Origin: Patescibacteria group bacterium
GTDB taxonomy: Bacteria > Patescibacteriota > UBA1384 > 2-12-FULL-50-11
Assembly: GCA_016861245.1 (NCBI GenBank)
Contig: BOKZ01000001.1
Location: forward strand, 347,382-411,381
Length of the DNA: 64,000 nt
Reading direction: 5' to 3'
The notes beneath the pieces are model-generated. The model did no database searches, was not told the DNA's origin, and saw only the letters and a program-made list of their open reading frames with translations. The position numbers and the translations under genes are program-made. Positions within the stretch are counted from its first letter, which is position 1; each line of letters starts with the position of its first letter. This document shows positions 54,313-64,000 of the stretch, one piece after another.

Positions 54313-55557
54313 ATGGGACTTTTTGGAGGGAAGAAAAAACAGAGCAACTGGGCTATTAGCTTGGATATCGGTACCGAGTACGTAAAAGCTTTGGTTTTTG
54401 AGGTGGTTGATGGTAAGGGTATCGTTCGCGGCGCCGGTAGAGCTAGACAGCGACTTTCTGATATGCAGGGCGGCGGCGTAACCGATATTCACGGCGTTGC
54501 GATTAACTGTGAGAAAGCGATCGAGCAAGCCGCTGAGCAAGCAAAGTTTTTACCAGATAAAGTGATCGTAGGTATCGCCGGCGAACTCGTTAAAGGAACC
54601 ACAGCCAGCATTAAGGTGAATCGAACCAAACCGCAACAGCAGATCCAGATGAGCGAGCTTCAAGATATCGTCAACCAAGTTCAAGCCGAGGCATTTCGCC
54701 AGGCGCGCGCGGAGCTAGCAGCCGAAACCGGTCAAGATGAGATCGACGTTCAACTAGTAAACGCCGCAATCGTTAGCGTTGTCATCGATGGGTACAAAGT
54801 CGCAAACCCGATGAGTTATCAAGGGAAGCAGCTGGCTGTCGGTGTTTATAACTCGTTTGCGCCGATCGTCCAACTTGGGGCGATCGAAACAGTCGTTCGA
54901 GAGCTCGGATTAGAGCTCTTAGCCGTCGCGGCCGAGCCGTACGCGGTGGCCCGCTGCATCGATGAAGAATCGACCGACTTTGCGGCAATCTTTATCGATA
55001 TCGGCGGCGGTACTACCGACGTTGCAGTCGTACGAAACGGCGGCGTTGAAGGGACTAAGATGTTTGCAATCGGCGGCCGAGCATTTACAAAACGCGTTGC
55101 GGCGGCGCTTGGCGAAACGTTCCAAATCGGCGAAGAAGCTAAGCTTCAATACAGCGCCGCTACTCTTGAAGCCGAAAAGGCTGAGTTAATTAAACATGCT
55201 CTCAAAGCGGATGTTCGCGTTTGGCTCTCGGCTCTTGAGATCTCTCTTGAAGAGTTTGGTGAGGGCGATTTATTGCCCTCAAAAATCCTACTTTGCGGCG
55301 GCGGGAGCAACTTACCCGAGATTAAACAAGCACTTCAGAGCAGCGACTGGTACAAGAGTCTACCATTTGCCAGGCAGCCCGACGTTCAATTTATTAAACC
55401 AAGTGACGTCGCTAATATGGTCGATGAGACAAAGCAGTTATCCGACGTGTCGGAGGTAACGCCGTTAGCGTTGGCGAACGTCGCCTTAGATTTAATCGGA
55501 GAATCCAGTATTCTGGAAAGTGTTATGAAGAAAGCAGTAGCGGGGCTTAAACAGTAA
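54313..55557 (+). CDS. ftsA: cell division protein FtsA-like actin-fold ATPase
   Basis: ISLDIGTEYVKALV, IFIDIGGGTTDVAVV motifs; C-terminal amphipathic helix; start at ATG with GAGGAT RBS. Confidence 0.7.
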   Translation: MGLFGGKKKQSNWAISLDIGTEYVKALVFEVVDGKGIVRGAGRARQRLSDMQGGGVTDIHGVAINCEKAIEQAAEQAKFLPDKVIVGIAGELVKGTTASIKVNRTKPQQQIQMSELQDIVNQVQAEAFRQARAELAAETGQDEIDVQLVNAAIVSVVIDGYKVANPMSYQGKQLAVGVYNSFAPIVQLGAIETVVRELGLELLAVAAEPYAVARCIDEESTDFAAIFIDIGGGTTDVAVVRNGGVEGTKMFAIGGRAFTKRVAAALGETFQIGEEAKLQYSAATLEAEKAELIKHALKADVRVWLSALEISLEEFGEGDLLPSKILLCGGGSNLPEIKQALQSSDWYKSLPFARQPDVQFIKPSDVANMVDETKQLSDVSEVTPLALANVALDLIGESSILESVMKKAVAGLKQ

Positions 55558-57314
55558 TGAAACAGATCTACTTAGAACCAGACGAGGAAATAACCTCTGT
55601 TATCGAGAAAATCGGCGCCGAAGGTGACGGAAGCGTTGCACTTGTTGTCCCGAAAAATAGCTCGCTTTTCCAGAGCTTGGTGAATTTAAAACTCTTAGCA
55701 AAAGAGGCGAAAAATCTCCAAAAAGAGGTAGTTATTATCTCTGGAAACAAGATCGGTATGAGACTTGCAAAACAGGTAAGTGTACCGACATACGCTTCGC
55801 TCGGCGCTATCGCTAACTCGCCCCAACAACCAGTTAAATCGATAGTGGCTGAGGAGCCGGCGACTGTAGACACGACGATCGACGGTGTTCCGGTTCGTCA
55901 GTACAATCCCAATCGCCCAGTTACAACCGAAACTACCCCAGTTGCAGAAGATGTAGAGGACGAGCTCGAACCGCCTTCTGAGCAAGAGGCGATCGAAGTG
56001 GAAGATAAAGTGATTACGGTTACTACCCCGTCATCAGACGAGTCTACCGACGAAAAGCAGCCTGACGCCGAGGAGCAGCCCAAGGAAGCTGACGACTCAT
56101 CGCTGCCTCCAATCGTAACTCGAGTCGGCGCTCCGCGAGCCTCAGAACCGTTTAAATTCCCCTGGAAGGCGGCGCTGATCGCGCTAGGACTCCTTTTGAT
56201 ATTGACCACTGTAACGTTTTTCCTATTGCCGAAAGCAACAGTCACCGTTGTCCTACCAGCTGAGCCAGTTAGCGATACGCTGTTATTGGCGGTGCAAACG
56301 GAAACTGCCGAAGGTGCGGTAAAAGGCAGCGTTGTTACGAGTGAGCAGTCTTCAAGTACAACTATCACGGCGACCGGTAAAAAAGATGTCGGCAGTAAAG
56401 CTACGGGTACGATTAGTATCACTAACAAATACCGTGACGGGTCTGGGGCCGGTAAAGACCAGACGTTTGCCGCCGGAACGAAGGCGACAGATGTTTCTAC
56501 GAAAAAAGTTTTCACTCTTAATAACTCGGTGACCGTGTCGAGAGTTACGTTCAACCCAAACAACGGACAACCGATTTATGACACAAAAACCGTGAAGGTT
56601 ACTGCCGTGGAGCCGGGTGAGAGCTACAATATTCCTAAATCGTCGTTTACGTTGGCAGGCGCGCTTGATAATACCGTTATCGAAAGCACTGAAGCGTTTT
56701 CAGGCGGGTTAACGAAACAAATTACCGTGCTTTCACAGCAAGATCTCGATACCGCTGTTGCCGCCGCTAAGGCAGAGCTGGAAACGAAAGCAAGAGCCGA
56801 TTTGGCAGAAAAAGCAAAAGGTCTATTAATTCTTCCTGATGCTGTTTGGCAGACGGTGAAAGAACAAACTACCGACAAAAAAGTTGACGAGGAGGCGCAG
56901 AGCGTGAATTTAACTCTAAAAATAGAATTTGCTAGTTTAGCTTTTGAGAAAAAACTTGTGGACGATCAATTTAAAACCAAACTATCCTCTACTTTAACCG
57001 AGACTCAGGAGCTAGTATTTGAGGACGGCAAAGAACCAACGATTACAACAAAAGGCATTACCGACGATAAAACCAAGCTTACTATAGAGGTAGCGGGGAG
57101 CGGTTATAAAGTTGAAAAGATCGACAAAGCCACAATTGCTCGTTCGGTAAAAAATAAAAGTGTCGATTCTGCTAAAAACTCGATCGTAGAGACGTACAAA
57201 GCTGATTCAGTTGAGATTAGTATATCGCCGAGTTGGTGGATCGCACGCCTGCCGCTATTGGAAGGCGCGATACGGGTCGAATACGGATTTGCTAATAAGA
57301 AACCAACCGAGTAA
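55557..57314 (+). CDS. bitopic protein of unknown function (585 aa): N-terminal cytoplasmic domain, acidic linker, TM, large extracellular beta-rich domain
   Basis: Start overlaps ftsA stop (ATGA); TM at KAALIALGLLLILTTVTFFLL; occupies the position usually held by ftsZ. Confidence 0.5.
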   Translation: MKQIYLEPDEEITSVIEKIGAEGDGSVALVVPKNSSLFQSLVNLKLLAKEAKNLQKEVVIISGNKIGMRLAKQVSVPTYASLGAIANSPQQPVKSIVAEEPATVDTTIDGVPVRQYNPNRPVTTETTPVAEDVEDELEPPSEQEAIEVEDKVITVTTPSSDESTDEKQPDAEEQPKEADDSSLPPIVTRVGAPRASEPFKFPWKAALIALGLLLILTTVTFFLLPKATVTVVLPAEPVSDTLLLAVQTETAEGAVKGSVVTSEQSSSTTITATGKKDVGSKATGTISITNKYRDGSGAGKDQTFAAGTKATDVSTKKVFTLNNSVTVSRVTFNPNNGQPIYDTKTVKVTAVEPGESYNIPKSSFTLAGALDNTVIESTEAFSGGLTKQITVLSQQDLDTAVAAAKAELETKARADLAEKAKGLLILPDAVWQTVKEQTTDKKVDEEAQSVNLTLKIEFASLAFEKKLVDDQFKTKLSSTLTETQELVFEDGKEPTITTKGITDDKTKLTIEVAGSGYKVEKIDKATIARSVKNKSVDSAKNSIVETYKADSVEISISPSWWIARLPLLEGAIRVEYGFANKKPTE

Positions 57315-57749
57315 ATGCGCTATCTAGGTTTAGATATCGGCAGTCGGTACATCGGAGTGGCGGTTGGCGAAGCGCTTGCCACTGAATTAACGACGTTGAG
57401 CTGCAAAAAGAACGAATCGTTCTATCTCGGTGAAGCTAAAAAGACTGCGATTGCAGAGCTTCAAACACTACTTGAAGTCGAAGAGGCGAGTGCGTTTGTT
57501 GTTGGGCTACCTGTCAACGAGCGCAATAAACACACAGAAGAATCTAAGAAGATCTCATCGTTTGCGGCTGAACTAGAGAAGAAAGCAAACTGTCAGGTTC
57601 ATTTTGTTAATGAGACGTTAACTAGTTTTATGGCGCAGGAAATTCTGGAATCCCAAGGGATCTCAGCTGCTAACGCCAAAGAGCGGGTTCACCAGGTTTC
57701 GGCGCAGTTAATTTTACAACAATATTTCGAAGAGAATGGTGTTTCTTAA
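57315..57749 (+). CDS. ruvX: RuvX/YqgF putative pre-16S rRNA nuclease / Holliday junction resolvase-like
   Basis: MRYLGLDIGSRYIGVAVGE N-terminus, RNase H-like fold. Confidence 0.85.
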   Translation: MRYLGLDIGSRYIGVAVGEALATELTTLSCKKNESFYLGEAKKTAIAELQTLLEVEEASAFVVGLPVNERNKHTEESKKISSFAAELEKKANCQVHFVNETLTSFMAQEILESQGISAANAKERVHQVSAQLILQQYFEENGVS

Positions 57750-58650
57750 GCGCGGCGCACTGGTATTGTTGGCTTTACTACTAATTTTTTCAGTGACCTT
57801 TATTTATCTACTTGGTCCGAAAGACGCCGGTAGTACAGATAAAAAGGAAATAAAGATCGTCGCCGGCATGTCGAGGGCGAGTATCGCTCAAACGCTATCA
57901 TCAGAAGGGCTTATTAAGAGTCAGTTTGCTTTTTTTGTATACAGTAAGCTCGTAAAGGGTGTAATTATTCCTGGTACATACGAGCTGTCAGCCGGCGACT
58001 CAGCTAGTACAATTCTTGAACAGCTCAACAAAGGCAAATTTAAAGTCTTCCGCATTACTATCAAAGAAGGTTGGTGGGCGAGCGATATTGAAGCAGAGCT
58101 CATTGAGCAGAAAGGTCTAAAGCAGATGGTCGGATTTGCCGACGCCGCCAAGCAATACGAAGGCTATCTTTTTCCTGATACCTACGAGTTCAAGATTGAC
58201 GAAACTATCGAGGGGGTGATCGAGCGTTTACGCGATAATTTTGAATTGCGCACCAAGGAGTTACGAGTCGACCCAGACGTAGTAATTCTAGCCTCAATTA
58301 TCGAGCGCGAAGCTAAGGGTCCGAGCGATCGAGCTGCGATCGCAGGAGTCTACGTCAATCGGTTAAAGAAAGGCATGAGACTCGAGGCAGACGCGACGAT
58401 ACAGTACGCTAAAGGGTCGTCGAAATCGATCGTAACCGTTGATGATTATCGTAACGTTATCTCCCCGTATAATACCTACCTCAACGACGGCTTACCTCCC
58501 GGTCCAATCGCTAATCCTGGGCTAGAGAGTATTAAAGCAGTTCTAAACCCAGAAACTCACGATTACTTCTACTATTTTCACGCAAAAGGCGAGACGATTT
58601 TTTCAAAAACCTACGAGGAGCACCGAGCTAAGGTTAAACAGTATTTCTAA
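57736..58650 (+). CDS. mltG: endolytic murein transglycosylase MltG (YceG-like)
   Basis: N-terminal TM, LysM-like insert, catalytic region ..ASIIEREA.. and YYF.H. Confidence 0.85.
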   Translation: MVFLKRGALVLLALLLIFSVTFIYLLGPKDAGSTDKKEIKIVAGMSRASIAQTLSSEGLIKSQFAFFVYSKLVKGVIIPGTYELSAGDSASTILEQLNKGKFKVFRITIKEGWWASDIEAELIEQKGLKQMVGFADAAKQYEGYLFPDTYEFKIDETIEGVIERLRDNFELRTKELRVDPDVVILASIIEREAKGPSDRAAIAGVYVNRLKKGMRLEADATIQYAKGSSKSIVTVDDYRNVISPYNTYLNDGLPPGPIANPGLESIKAVLNPETHDYFYYFHAKGETIFSKTYEEHRAKVKQYF

Positions 58651-59294
58651 TGGCATATGCTGTTACTCTATTAATAATAGTAAGTGTGACAATACTAATT
58701 CGAAACCGAAAGATTCGAAAACACTACGTACTCGGAGGGCTGTGTGCTCTGCCGTTAGTAATTATCGATCCATTGTTAAGAACTGGGTACTTCGAACAGC
58801 TAACCACGGCGCAGCTGTATCAGTATTTCCTAACCCAAGCGCTGACTGTATTTATGTTTGGGGGTCTTTCAGCGGTTCTTTACGAACTGGTATTTTCGAC
58901 ACACTTTACAAAACAGCGCTCATCGACGCGACAGCACCTATCAGTATTTCTGATTGGCTTAGTAATCGGCATGTCGCTATTCCTATTTGGAGTCGTCCCA
59001 TTGGTGACAGCGGTAATAGTGGGGTTGGCGATAAATGTGGTTCTGCTTATGCTGCTGCGATCGGATCTATTTTGGGACGCAACGTTTTCCGCGATCGGTA
59101 CAGGGTTGTTGTACGCGGTATTGTTTTCGCTTATAACCCACGGATCTGGTTCCCTGACTAGCCTGTGGTTTACCGAGGGACTAAGCGGCGCAACGGTAGC
59201 TGGACTACCGCTTGAAGAGTTAATCGTGGTGGCGTTATTTGGTGCTTTCTTTGGCCCGATTTACTCGGCGGCTAAGTCGTTGTACGAGCGATGA
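58650..59294 (+). CDS. hypothetical polytopic membrane protein (214 aa)
   Basis: 5-6 TM helices; start overlaps mltG stop. Confidence 0.5.
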   Translation: MAYAVTLLIIVSVTILIRNRKIRKHYVLGGLCALPLVIIDPLLRTGYFEQLTTAQLYQYFLTQALTVFMFGGLSAVLYELVFSTHFTKQRSSTRQHLSVFLIGLVIGMSLFLFGVVPLVTAVIVGLAINVVLLMLLRSDLFWDATFSAIGTGLLYAVLFSLITHGSGSLTSLWFTEGLSGATVAGLPLEELIVVALFGAFFGPIYSAAKSLYER

Positions 59295-61183
59295 AGCTTT
59301 GGCGCTCATGGGCTGAGCATCCTCGAGCGTTTGTCGTTCAGCTATCGCTGGGAGCGCTAGCTACTCTAGCTGCCGCTGGTGTGATGCTATCGTTTGTGTC
59401 GCCCAAGGTTCAAAATACGCTGATCGCGTCGCAAAATAGCCGCGCGGAACTACTAACCGATATTAGAGTTTCATTTTCTTTACCGGTCTCACGCGAAAGT
59501 TTTACGCCGGTTATCACGCCGGAGACCGAGGGGCGTTGGTACTGGGAAGATCCGGTGATCGCCGGTCGGTTATTCCGCACAGTCGTCTTCGAGCCAACCA
59601 GCGCGCTTCAGCCGAACACAACGTATACCGTTACTCTTTCTGGTATCCGTGGGGTGCTTAGCTCCAGTGACGGCACCGCACACACCGTAAGTTTTACGAC
59701 TCAACCGTTGCCATCGATCAAAAGTATTGTCGTCGGCTCGCCACACAAAATTACTGAGCCAGTTGTTGTCGATCTTGATTTCCCTGCCGAGCGTGTTGTC
59801 GAGTACTTTTTCTCATTCAAGCCAGAGTTTGAGTTTGATGTAGTGAGCGCAAAAAACCAGAGTCAATTTCTATTAACTCCGAAGGCACCGTTACAACAAG
59901 GGGTTACGTACGAACTGACTGTCGATAGGGAGATTATTCGGTACGATACCAGTTTGCAAAAAGTCGTACAAAGAGGTACACGCGAACAAGTAGTTACGAA
60001 ACAATTTACTACAACTGAGCCGCTAGGGATTGCTGCTGTTTCGCCTCAAGGAGCTGACGTATTACCCGATCTCTCGAAGCTGACTGTAACATTTGCTCAA
60101 GACGTGTCTGAATCGGCGCTCACTTTTCTTAGTTTGGAGCCTAAAACTGCTGGAAGCTGGGTTCTAGCGAGTGGGCAGGTTGCAGAGTATCGGTTTAACG
60201 AACGTCTCAAGTTTGAAACCACCTACAAGCTAACAGTTCAACCAGGACTACCGTCGTCCGAAGGAAGTACGATCATTAGTGCCGGGACATATTCGTTTTC
60301 CACGGTCGGACCGTTAGAGATCCGCAGTATCGTCCCAACCTCAAAATCAACCGGCGTCTCGAGATCGTCAGTCATTACGATTAAATTCAACCAAGCGGTC
60401 GATAAAAGCTCGGTCGAACGCGCTGTCAGTGTCTCGCCAACCATTACTTACTCCAAGGATTGGAAAGACGACGCTACGCTTCAACTAATTCCTGCCGCGC
60501 CACTCGAGTATTCAACTCAATATACAATCTCGATCGGATCAAGCGCGGCAAGTCGTTATCAAAAAACGATGAGATCGGCGGTTACCAGTACGTTTTCAAC
60601 TGAAGAGAAGATCGTTACGCTTAATGTGACGCTTGATAAACAAGATCGGGCGCTCTCGTGTGAAGCCGCTGCGCTGAAAATGGCCCTGGCGTATCGGGGA
60701 ATTCGTGTGAGCGAAGATGAGATTATGAGTCACATCGGTTACGACCCAACAACCCGGTCTGGGAATGTTTGGGGCGATCCTGATGTAGCATTTGTTGGCG
60801 ATATTAACGGCTCACAAAATAGTACTGGATACGGGGTTCACTGGGCGCCGATTGCAAAAGCCGCGTCTAACTACCGAGCTGCTAAGGCGCAAACTAATAT
60901 GACGCTTCAGGATTTAGCAAGAGAAATCGACGCCGGGAATCCGATTGTTGTCTGGGGAACTCAAGGTAGATCATATTATGATCCTTGGGTAACGCCGAGC
61001 GGTAAAACCATTCCGGCTTGGAAAGGCGAGCACGCACGGACGGTGATCGGTTATAAAGGCAACGTTCAGTCGCCAACAGCAATTATCGTTAACGACCCGA
61101 TCGCTGGGCGAGTTACCTGGAAAGCAGCGGATTTTGACAGTAACTGGGCGAGATTAAGCCGGGCTGGAGTGGTGGTGTATTGA
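59291..61183 (+). CDS. membrane-anchored protein with Ig-like (Big/SbsA-type) repeats and C-terminal C39-like peptidase (YvpB-like) domain
   Basis: N-terminal TM; repeated ~90-aa beta modules; C-terminal ..LSCEAAALKMALAY..HARTVIGYKG.. papain-like Cys/His arrangement. Confidence 0.6.
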   Translation: MKLWRSWAEHPRAFVVQLSLGALATLAAAGVMLSFVSPKVQNTLIASQNSRAELLTDIRVSFSLPVSRESFTPVITPETEGRWYWEDPVIAGRLFRTVVFEPTSALQPNTTYTVTLSGIRGVLSSSDGTAHTVSFTTQPLPSIKSIVVGSPHKITEPVVVDLDFPAERVVEYFFSFKPEFEFDVVSAKNQSQFLLTPKAPLQQGVTYELTVDREIIRYDTSLQKVVQRGTREQVVTKQFTTTEPLGIAAVSPQGADVLPDLSKLTVTFAQDVSESALTFLSLEPKTAGSWVLASGQVAEYRFNERLKFETTYKLTVQPGLPSSEGSTIISAGTYSFSTVGPLEIRSIVPTSKSTGVSRSSVITIKFNQAVDKSSVERAVSVSPTITYSKDWKDDATLQLIPAAPLEYSTQYTISIGSSAASRYQKTMRSAVTSTFSTEEKIVTLNVTLDKQDRALSCEAAALKMALAYRGIRVSEDEIMSHIGYDPTTRSGNVWGDPDVAFVGDINGSQNSTGYGVHWAPIAKAASNYRAAKAQTNMTLQDLAREIDAGNPIVVWGTQGRSYYDPWVTPSGKTIPAWKGEHARTVIGYKGNVQSPTAIIVNDPIAGRVTWKAADFDSNWARLSRAGVVVY

Positions 61184-61938
61184 TGTATAAGAGTTCTCAA
61201 TTTGCTTATGTTGTGGCGATCGGTCTGTTTATTGGTATTAGCGGTACGGTTTTATATCTTGGTACAAGTAAGCAAGATATAAAACCGACGTTTACAACTA
61301 CACCAACAAGCAACACGCCGACAGTCGTAAATCCACCGCCCGAAGAGAAAAAAGAACCAGAAGCAAAGAAGCCGCTCCCAACCAGTGCGTTGCTTGAGGT
61401 GCCCTTCTACCCGCAAGCTCCGTTTGGGCGATGGGACGCTATTCACAAAGAAACTTGTGAAGAAGCAAGTTTATTAATGGTCTACACCTATAAGAAAAAG
61501 GAACCGGTGATGGAGCTTGAAGCGCTCGATCGAAAGCTAATCAACTTCGTTGAGTGGCAGACGTTGAGCGGGTACGGTTACGATGTGACAGTCAAAGAAC
61601 TCCGTGACGCCGCACGTTCGTATCTTGGTTTTGACGGCGCTGAAATCATAAAAAACCCAACCGCTGAACAGATTGAGCAAGAGATCGTCGACGGCAATCC
61701 AGTGATTGTGCCCGCGGCTGGCCGTCTTTTGCCAAATCCGTACTTTACTCCTCCAGGACCGCGTTATCATATGCTGGTAGTGATCGGTTACGATAGCGAC
61801 GAGTTTATTACTAACGATCCCGGTACGCGACGAGGGGAGCACTTTCGTTATCAGAAGAACGACTTATTAAACGCCATCCACGACTACACGGCCGGCGACA
61901 TCACCACCGGCAGTCGTAACATCCTGGTGTACCACTAG
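61180..61938 (+). CDS. membrane-anchored C39-like peptidase (YvpB-like) domain protein
   Basis: TM, Thr/Pro linker, then ..KETCEEASLLMVYTY..HMLVVIGYD.. papain-like fold paralogous to the C-terminus of the preceding gene. Confidence 0.6.
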   Translation: MMYKSSQFAYVVAIGLFIGISGTVLYLGTSKQDIKPTFTTTPTSNTPTVVNPPPEEKKEPEAKKPLPTSALLEVPFYPQAPFGRWDAIHKETCEEASLLMVYTYKKKEPVMELEALDRKLINFVEWQTLSGYGYDVTVKELRDAARSYLGFDGAEIIKNPTAEQIEQEIVDGNPVIVPAAGRLLPNPYFTPPGPRYHMLVVIGYDSDEFITNDPGTRRGEHFRYQKNDLLNAIHDYTAGDITTGSRNILVYH

Positions 61939-61985
61939 GACTCGTCATTGATTTTCGACCCCTCATACCATAGAATTCAATCACA

Positions 61986-63026
61986 ATGATTAACCGCTTT
62001 TTCGGTGCATTTTCACATGATATCGGCATCGATTTAGGTACTGCTAACACCCTAGTGTACGTACGCGGTAAAGGGATAGTCATCAACGAGCCGTCGGTTG
62101 TAGCCGTTAACCAAAAAACAAAACAAGTGCTAGCAATCGGTCACGAGGCACAAATTATGGTTGGAAAAACGCCAGGTCATATTGTCGCTACTAGACCGTT
62201 AGTCGACGGCGTCGTTAGCGACTTCGAAATAACCGAGCAAATGTTGAAGTACTTCATCGATCGTGTTCATAAGGAGCGATTCTCTTTTCTCCCTCGTCCC
62301 CGAGTACTGATCGGTATCCCGTACGGCGTAACGGAGGTTGAGCGACGTGCTGTTGAGGAAGCGGCGATGAACGCTGGTGCCCGTCAAGCATTCTTGATCG
62401 AGGAACCGGTCGCTGCGGCGATCGGCGCCCGTCTGCCGATACAGGAAGCTACGGGCAGTATGATCGTCGATATCGGAGGCGGCACAACTGAGGTCGCTGT
62501 TATTTCGATGGGTGGGATAGTCGCGTCGCGTTCGGTGCGGACCGCCGGCGACGAGATGAACCAAGATATTATCGACTTTGCTAGAGATAACTTTAACTTA
62601 CTCCTTGGCGAACGAACGGCTGAAAGGATTAAAATTGAGATCGGGTCAGCATATCCGTTAAAAGATAAGCTTGAGCGTCCGATGCGCGGCCGAGATTTGG
62701 TTAGTGGTTTGCCAAGAGAGGTTATTATCAACGATGAACAAGTTCGACGGGCTATCGCTAAGTCGATAACAATTATTGTTGAATCGGTGAAACAAACCAT
62801 TGAGGAAACCCCACCAGAGCTAGTTGCGGATATTATGGATCGCGGAATCGTTCTGGCCGGCGGCGGCGCGCTGCTTAAAGATATCGACACCCTGATCTCA
62901 CAAGCGACGCAGACGAAAGTTTACATCGCCGACGAACCGTTAACCGCCGTGGCTCGCGGCACCGGGGTCGTATTGGAAGACCTAGAAACATTAGACAGTG
63001 TGCTACTTAGTAGCGCGTTGCGATGA
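61986..63026 (+). CDS. mreB: rod shape-determining protein MreB
   Basis: GIDLGTANTLVYV, DIGGGTTEVAVIS, actin-fold motifs throughout. Confidence 0.95.
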   Translation: MINRFFGAFSHDIGIDLGTANTLVYVRGKGIVINEPSVVAVNQKTKQVLAIGHEAQIMVGKTPGHIVATRPLVDGVVSDFEITEQMLKYFIDRVHKERFSFLPRPRVLIGIPYGVTEVERRAVEEAAMNAGARQAFLIEEPVAAAIGARLPIQEATGSMIVDIGGGTTEVAVISMGGIVASRSVRTAGDEMNQDIIDFARDNFNLLLGERTAERIKIEIGSAYPLKDKLERPMRGRDLVSGLPREVIINDEQVRRAIAKSITIIVESVKQTIEETPPELVADIMDRGIVLAGGGALLKDIDTLISQATQTKVYIADEPLTAVARGTGVVLEDLETLDSVLLSSALR

Positions 63027-63805
63027 GGAGATTCCGTCGTCGACCGACTACACTTATTATTATTGTTCTCTTAATCATCGTTGCCCAGTTTGCGTTGTTT
63101 AAACCAGTACGCGATGTGGCCCGTAACGCGATCGCTGCCCCAGTAATTGCGTTCGACACATCGGTTCGTAAAGTCCGCACGTTTTTTTCACTGATCGGCT
63201 CAATTACCGAGTTATCGAAAGAGAACGCCGATCTGAAACAACAAAATAACGAACTGCGTGCGCAGCTCTCTAACTTGTCAGCACTAAAAAACGAAAACGA
63301 ATTATTAAAGAAAGATCTCGGATTTTCAAAGACGCGCAGCGATCTCACACTGCTACCAGCCACAATTCTTAATTATTCGCCGGCCGGAACGTTCCAGGCC
63401 CTAACACTCAACCGTGGCACAAAAGACGGTGTTGCGCTCGAGCAAGCGGTTGTCTCAAACGGCTATTTGATCGGAAAAATAAAGAAAGTCAGCGAATCGA
63501 CTTCGGAAGTGTGGCTACTATCTAACCGTAATCTTCTTACCCCTGTCCTATTAACAGAGGGTAAAACTTCCGGGATATTAAAGGGCGGTATTCGCGGGTT
63601 AGTTGTCGATACCATTCCAGTTGATGCTGCAGTAAAAGTCGGTGATTTGGTTGTTACGTCTTCGATGGAGGGTTTGTACCCAGCGGGGATCGCAGTCGGC
63701 ACGATCGAAGAAGTAATCTCTACTAAAGAGGAGATCTTCGTTTCTGCGCGTATCGCCTCGCCGATAAACATCCGAAATATTCAAACGGTTTTTGTGATTA
63801 AGTAA
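63023..63805 (+). CDS. mreC: rod shape-determining protein MreC
   Basis: N-terminal TM, coiled coil (ENADLKQQNNELRAQLSNL), C-terminal beta domains. Confidence 0.8.
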   Translation: MRRFRRRPTTLIIIVLLIIVAQFALFKPVRDVARNAIAAPVIAFDTSVRKVRTFFSLIGSITELSKENADLKQQNNELRAQLSNLSALKNENELLKKDLGFSKTRSDLTLLPATILNYSPAGTFQALTLNRGTKDGVALEQAVVSNGYLIGKIKKVSESTSEVWLLSNRNLLTPVLLTEGKTSGILKGGIRGLVVDTIPVDAAVKVGDLVVTSSMEGLYPAGIAVGTIEEVISTKEEIFVSARIASPINIRNIQTVFVIK

Positions 63806-64000
63806 TGATTTATTTTTTCCTTGTTCTGGCCGCGTTGATAGTCGCCAGTCTGACGCTCGGTCCTGTTAGTCACTTTACACTCGCAGGGTACGGTGCACCG
63901 AATTTGGTAGTAATAACCATTTGGGCATTTGTGTGGTTTGGGAATATCCAGATCGCGTATCGTTGGGCGATTATCCTCGGTTTAACGCTGGATTTTGTTA
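63805..64000 (+). CDS. mreD: rod shape-determining protein MreD (partial, runs off window)
   Basis: TAATG-coupled hydrophobic ORF after mreC. Confidence 0.5.
   Translation, partial: MIYFFLVLAALIVASLTLGPVSHFTLAGYGAPNLVVITIWAFVWFGNIQIAYRWAIILGLTLDFV

Noticed and set aside
55568-56878. Several minus-strand ORFs (72-221 aa) inside the 585-aa bitopic protein gene
   Set aside because: Antisense shadows of a Thr/Ser/Val-rich coding region; low complexity.

Overview
64 kb, about 48% GC, gene-dense on both strands, bacterial, standard genetic code (TGA used as stop). Gene content suggests a small-genome Patescibacteria/CPR-like organism with a Gram-positive-like layout: rny, short 4-domain S1, and the Firmicutes-like alaS...ruvX-mltG order. 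That assignment is inference only. Supported core genes: rny, recG, comEA, split comEC, ruvC, yebC, grpE, dnaK, trxB, miaA, comM, secG, alaS (short), ftsA, ruvX, mltG, mreBCD (mreD partial at the window end). There are 13 tRNA genes (Arg, 2x Pro, Val, 4x Leu, Phe, Lys, Gly, Cys); all except tRNA-Val lack an encoded CCA. No rRNA and no CRISPR array were seen. Accessory content: (1) a carbohydrate island (13.0-21.7 kb) with a GH94-like phosphorylase that has a diverged catalytic core and no canonical start codon, a GalT-family HxHxQ nucleotidyltransferase, GH130, a methyltransferase, an APH-fold kinase, an (alpha/alpha)6 glycoside hydrolase and a GT4; (2) a type-IV-pilin-like three-gene cluster (44.1-47.5 kb) plus dispersed DNA-uptake genes; (3) a cell-envelope block where ftsA is followed by a 585-aa bitopic protein instead of ftsZ, then ruvX, mltG, two C39-like peptidases and mreBCD; (4) a bacterial type IB topoisomerase; (5) several small regulatory or odd loci. 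These are an HU-like protein missing its beta-arm, a 32-codon uORF made by duplicating the first 19 nt of yebC, a gene bracketed by two near-identical 41-bp terminator hairpins, a ZAS-motif mini-protein next to a 16-bp palindrome, an XRE regulator/membrane protein pair with an upstream inverted repeat, and three tRNA loci carrying short duplicated copies of their own ends. Coordinates of tRNAs and motifs were counted by hand and may be off by a few nt.
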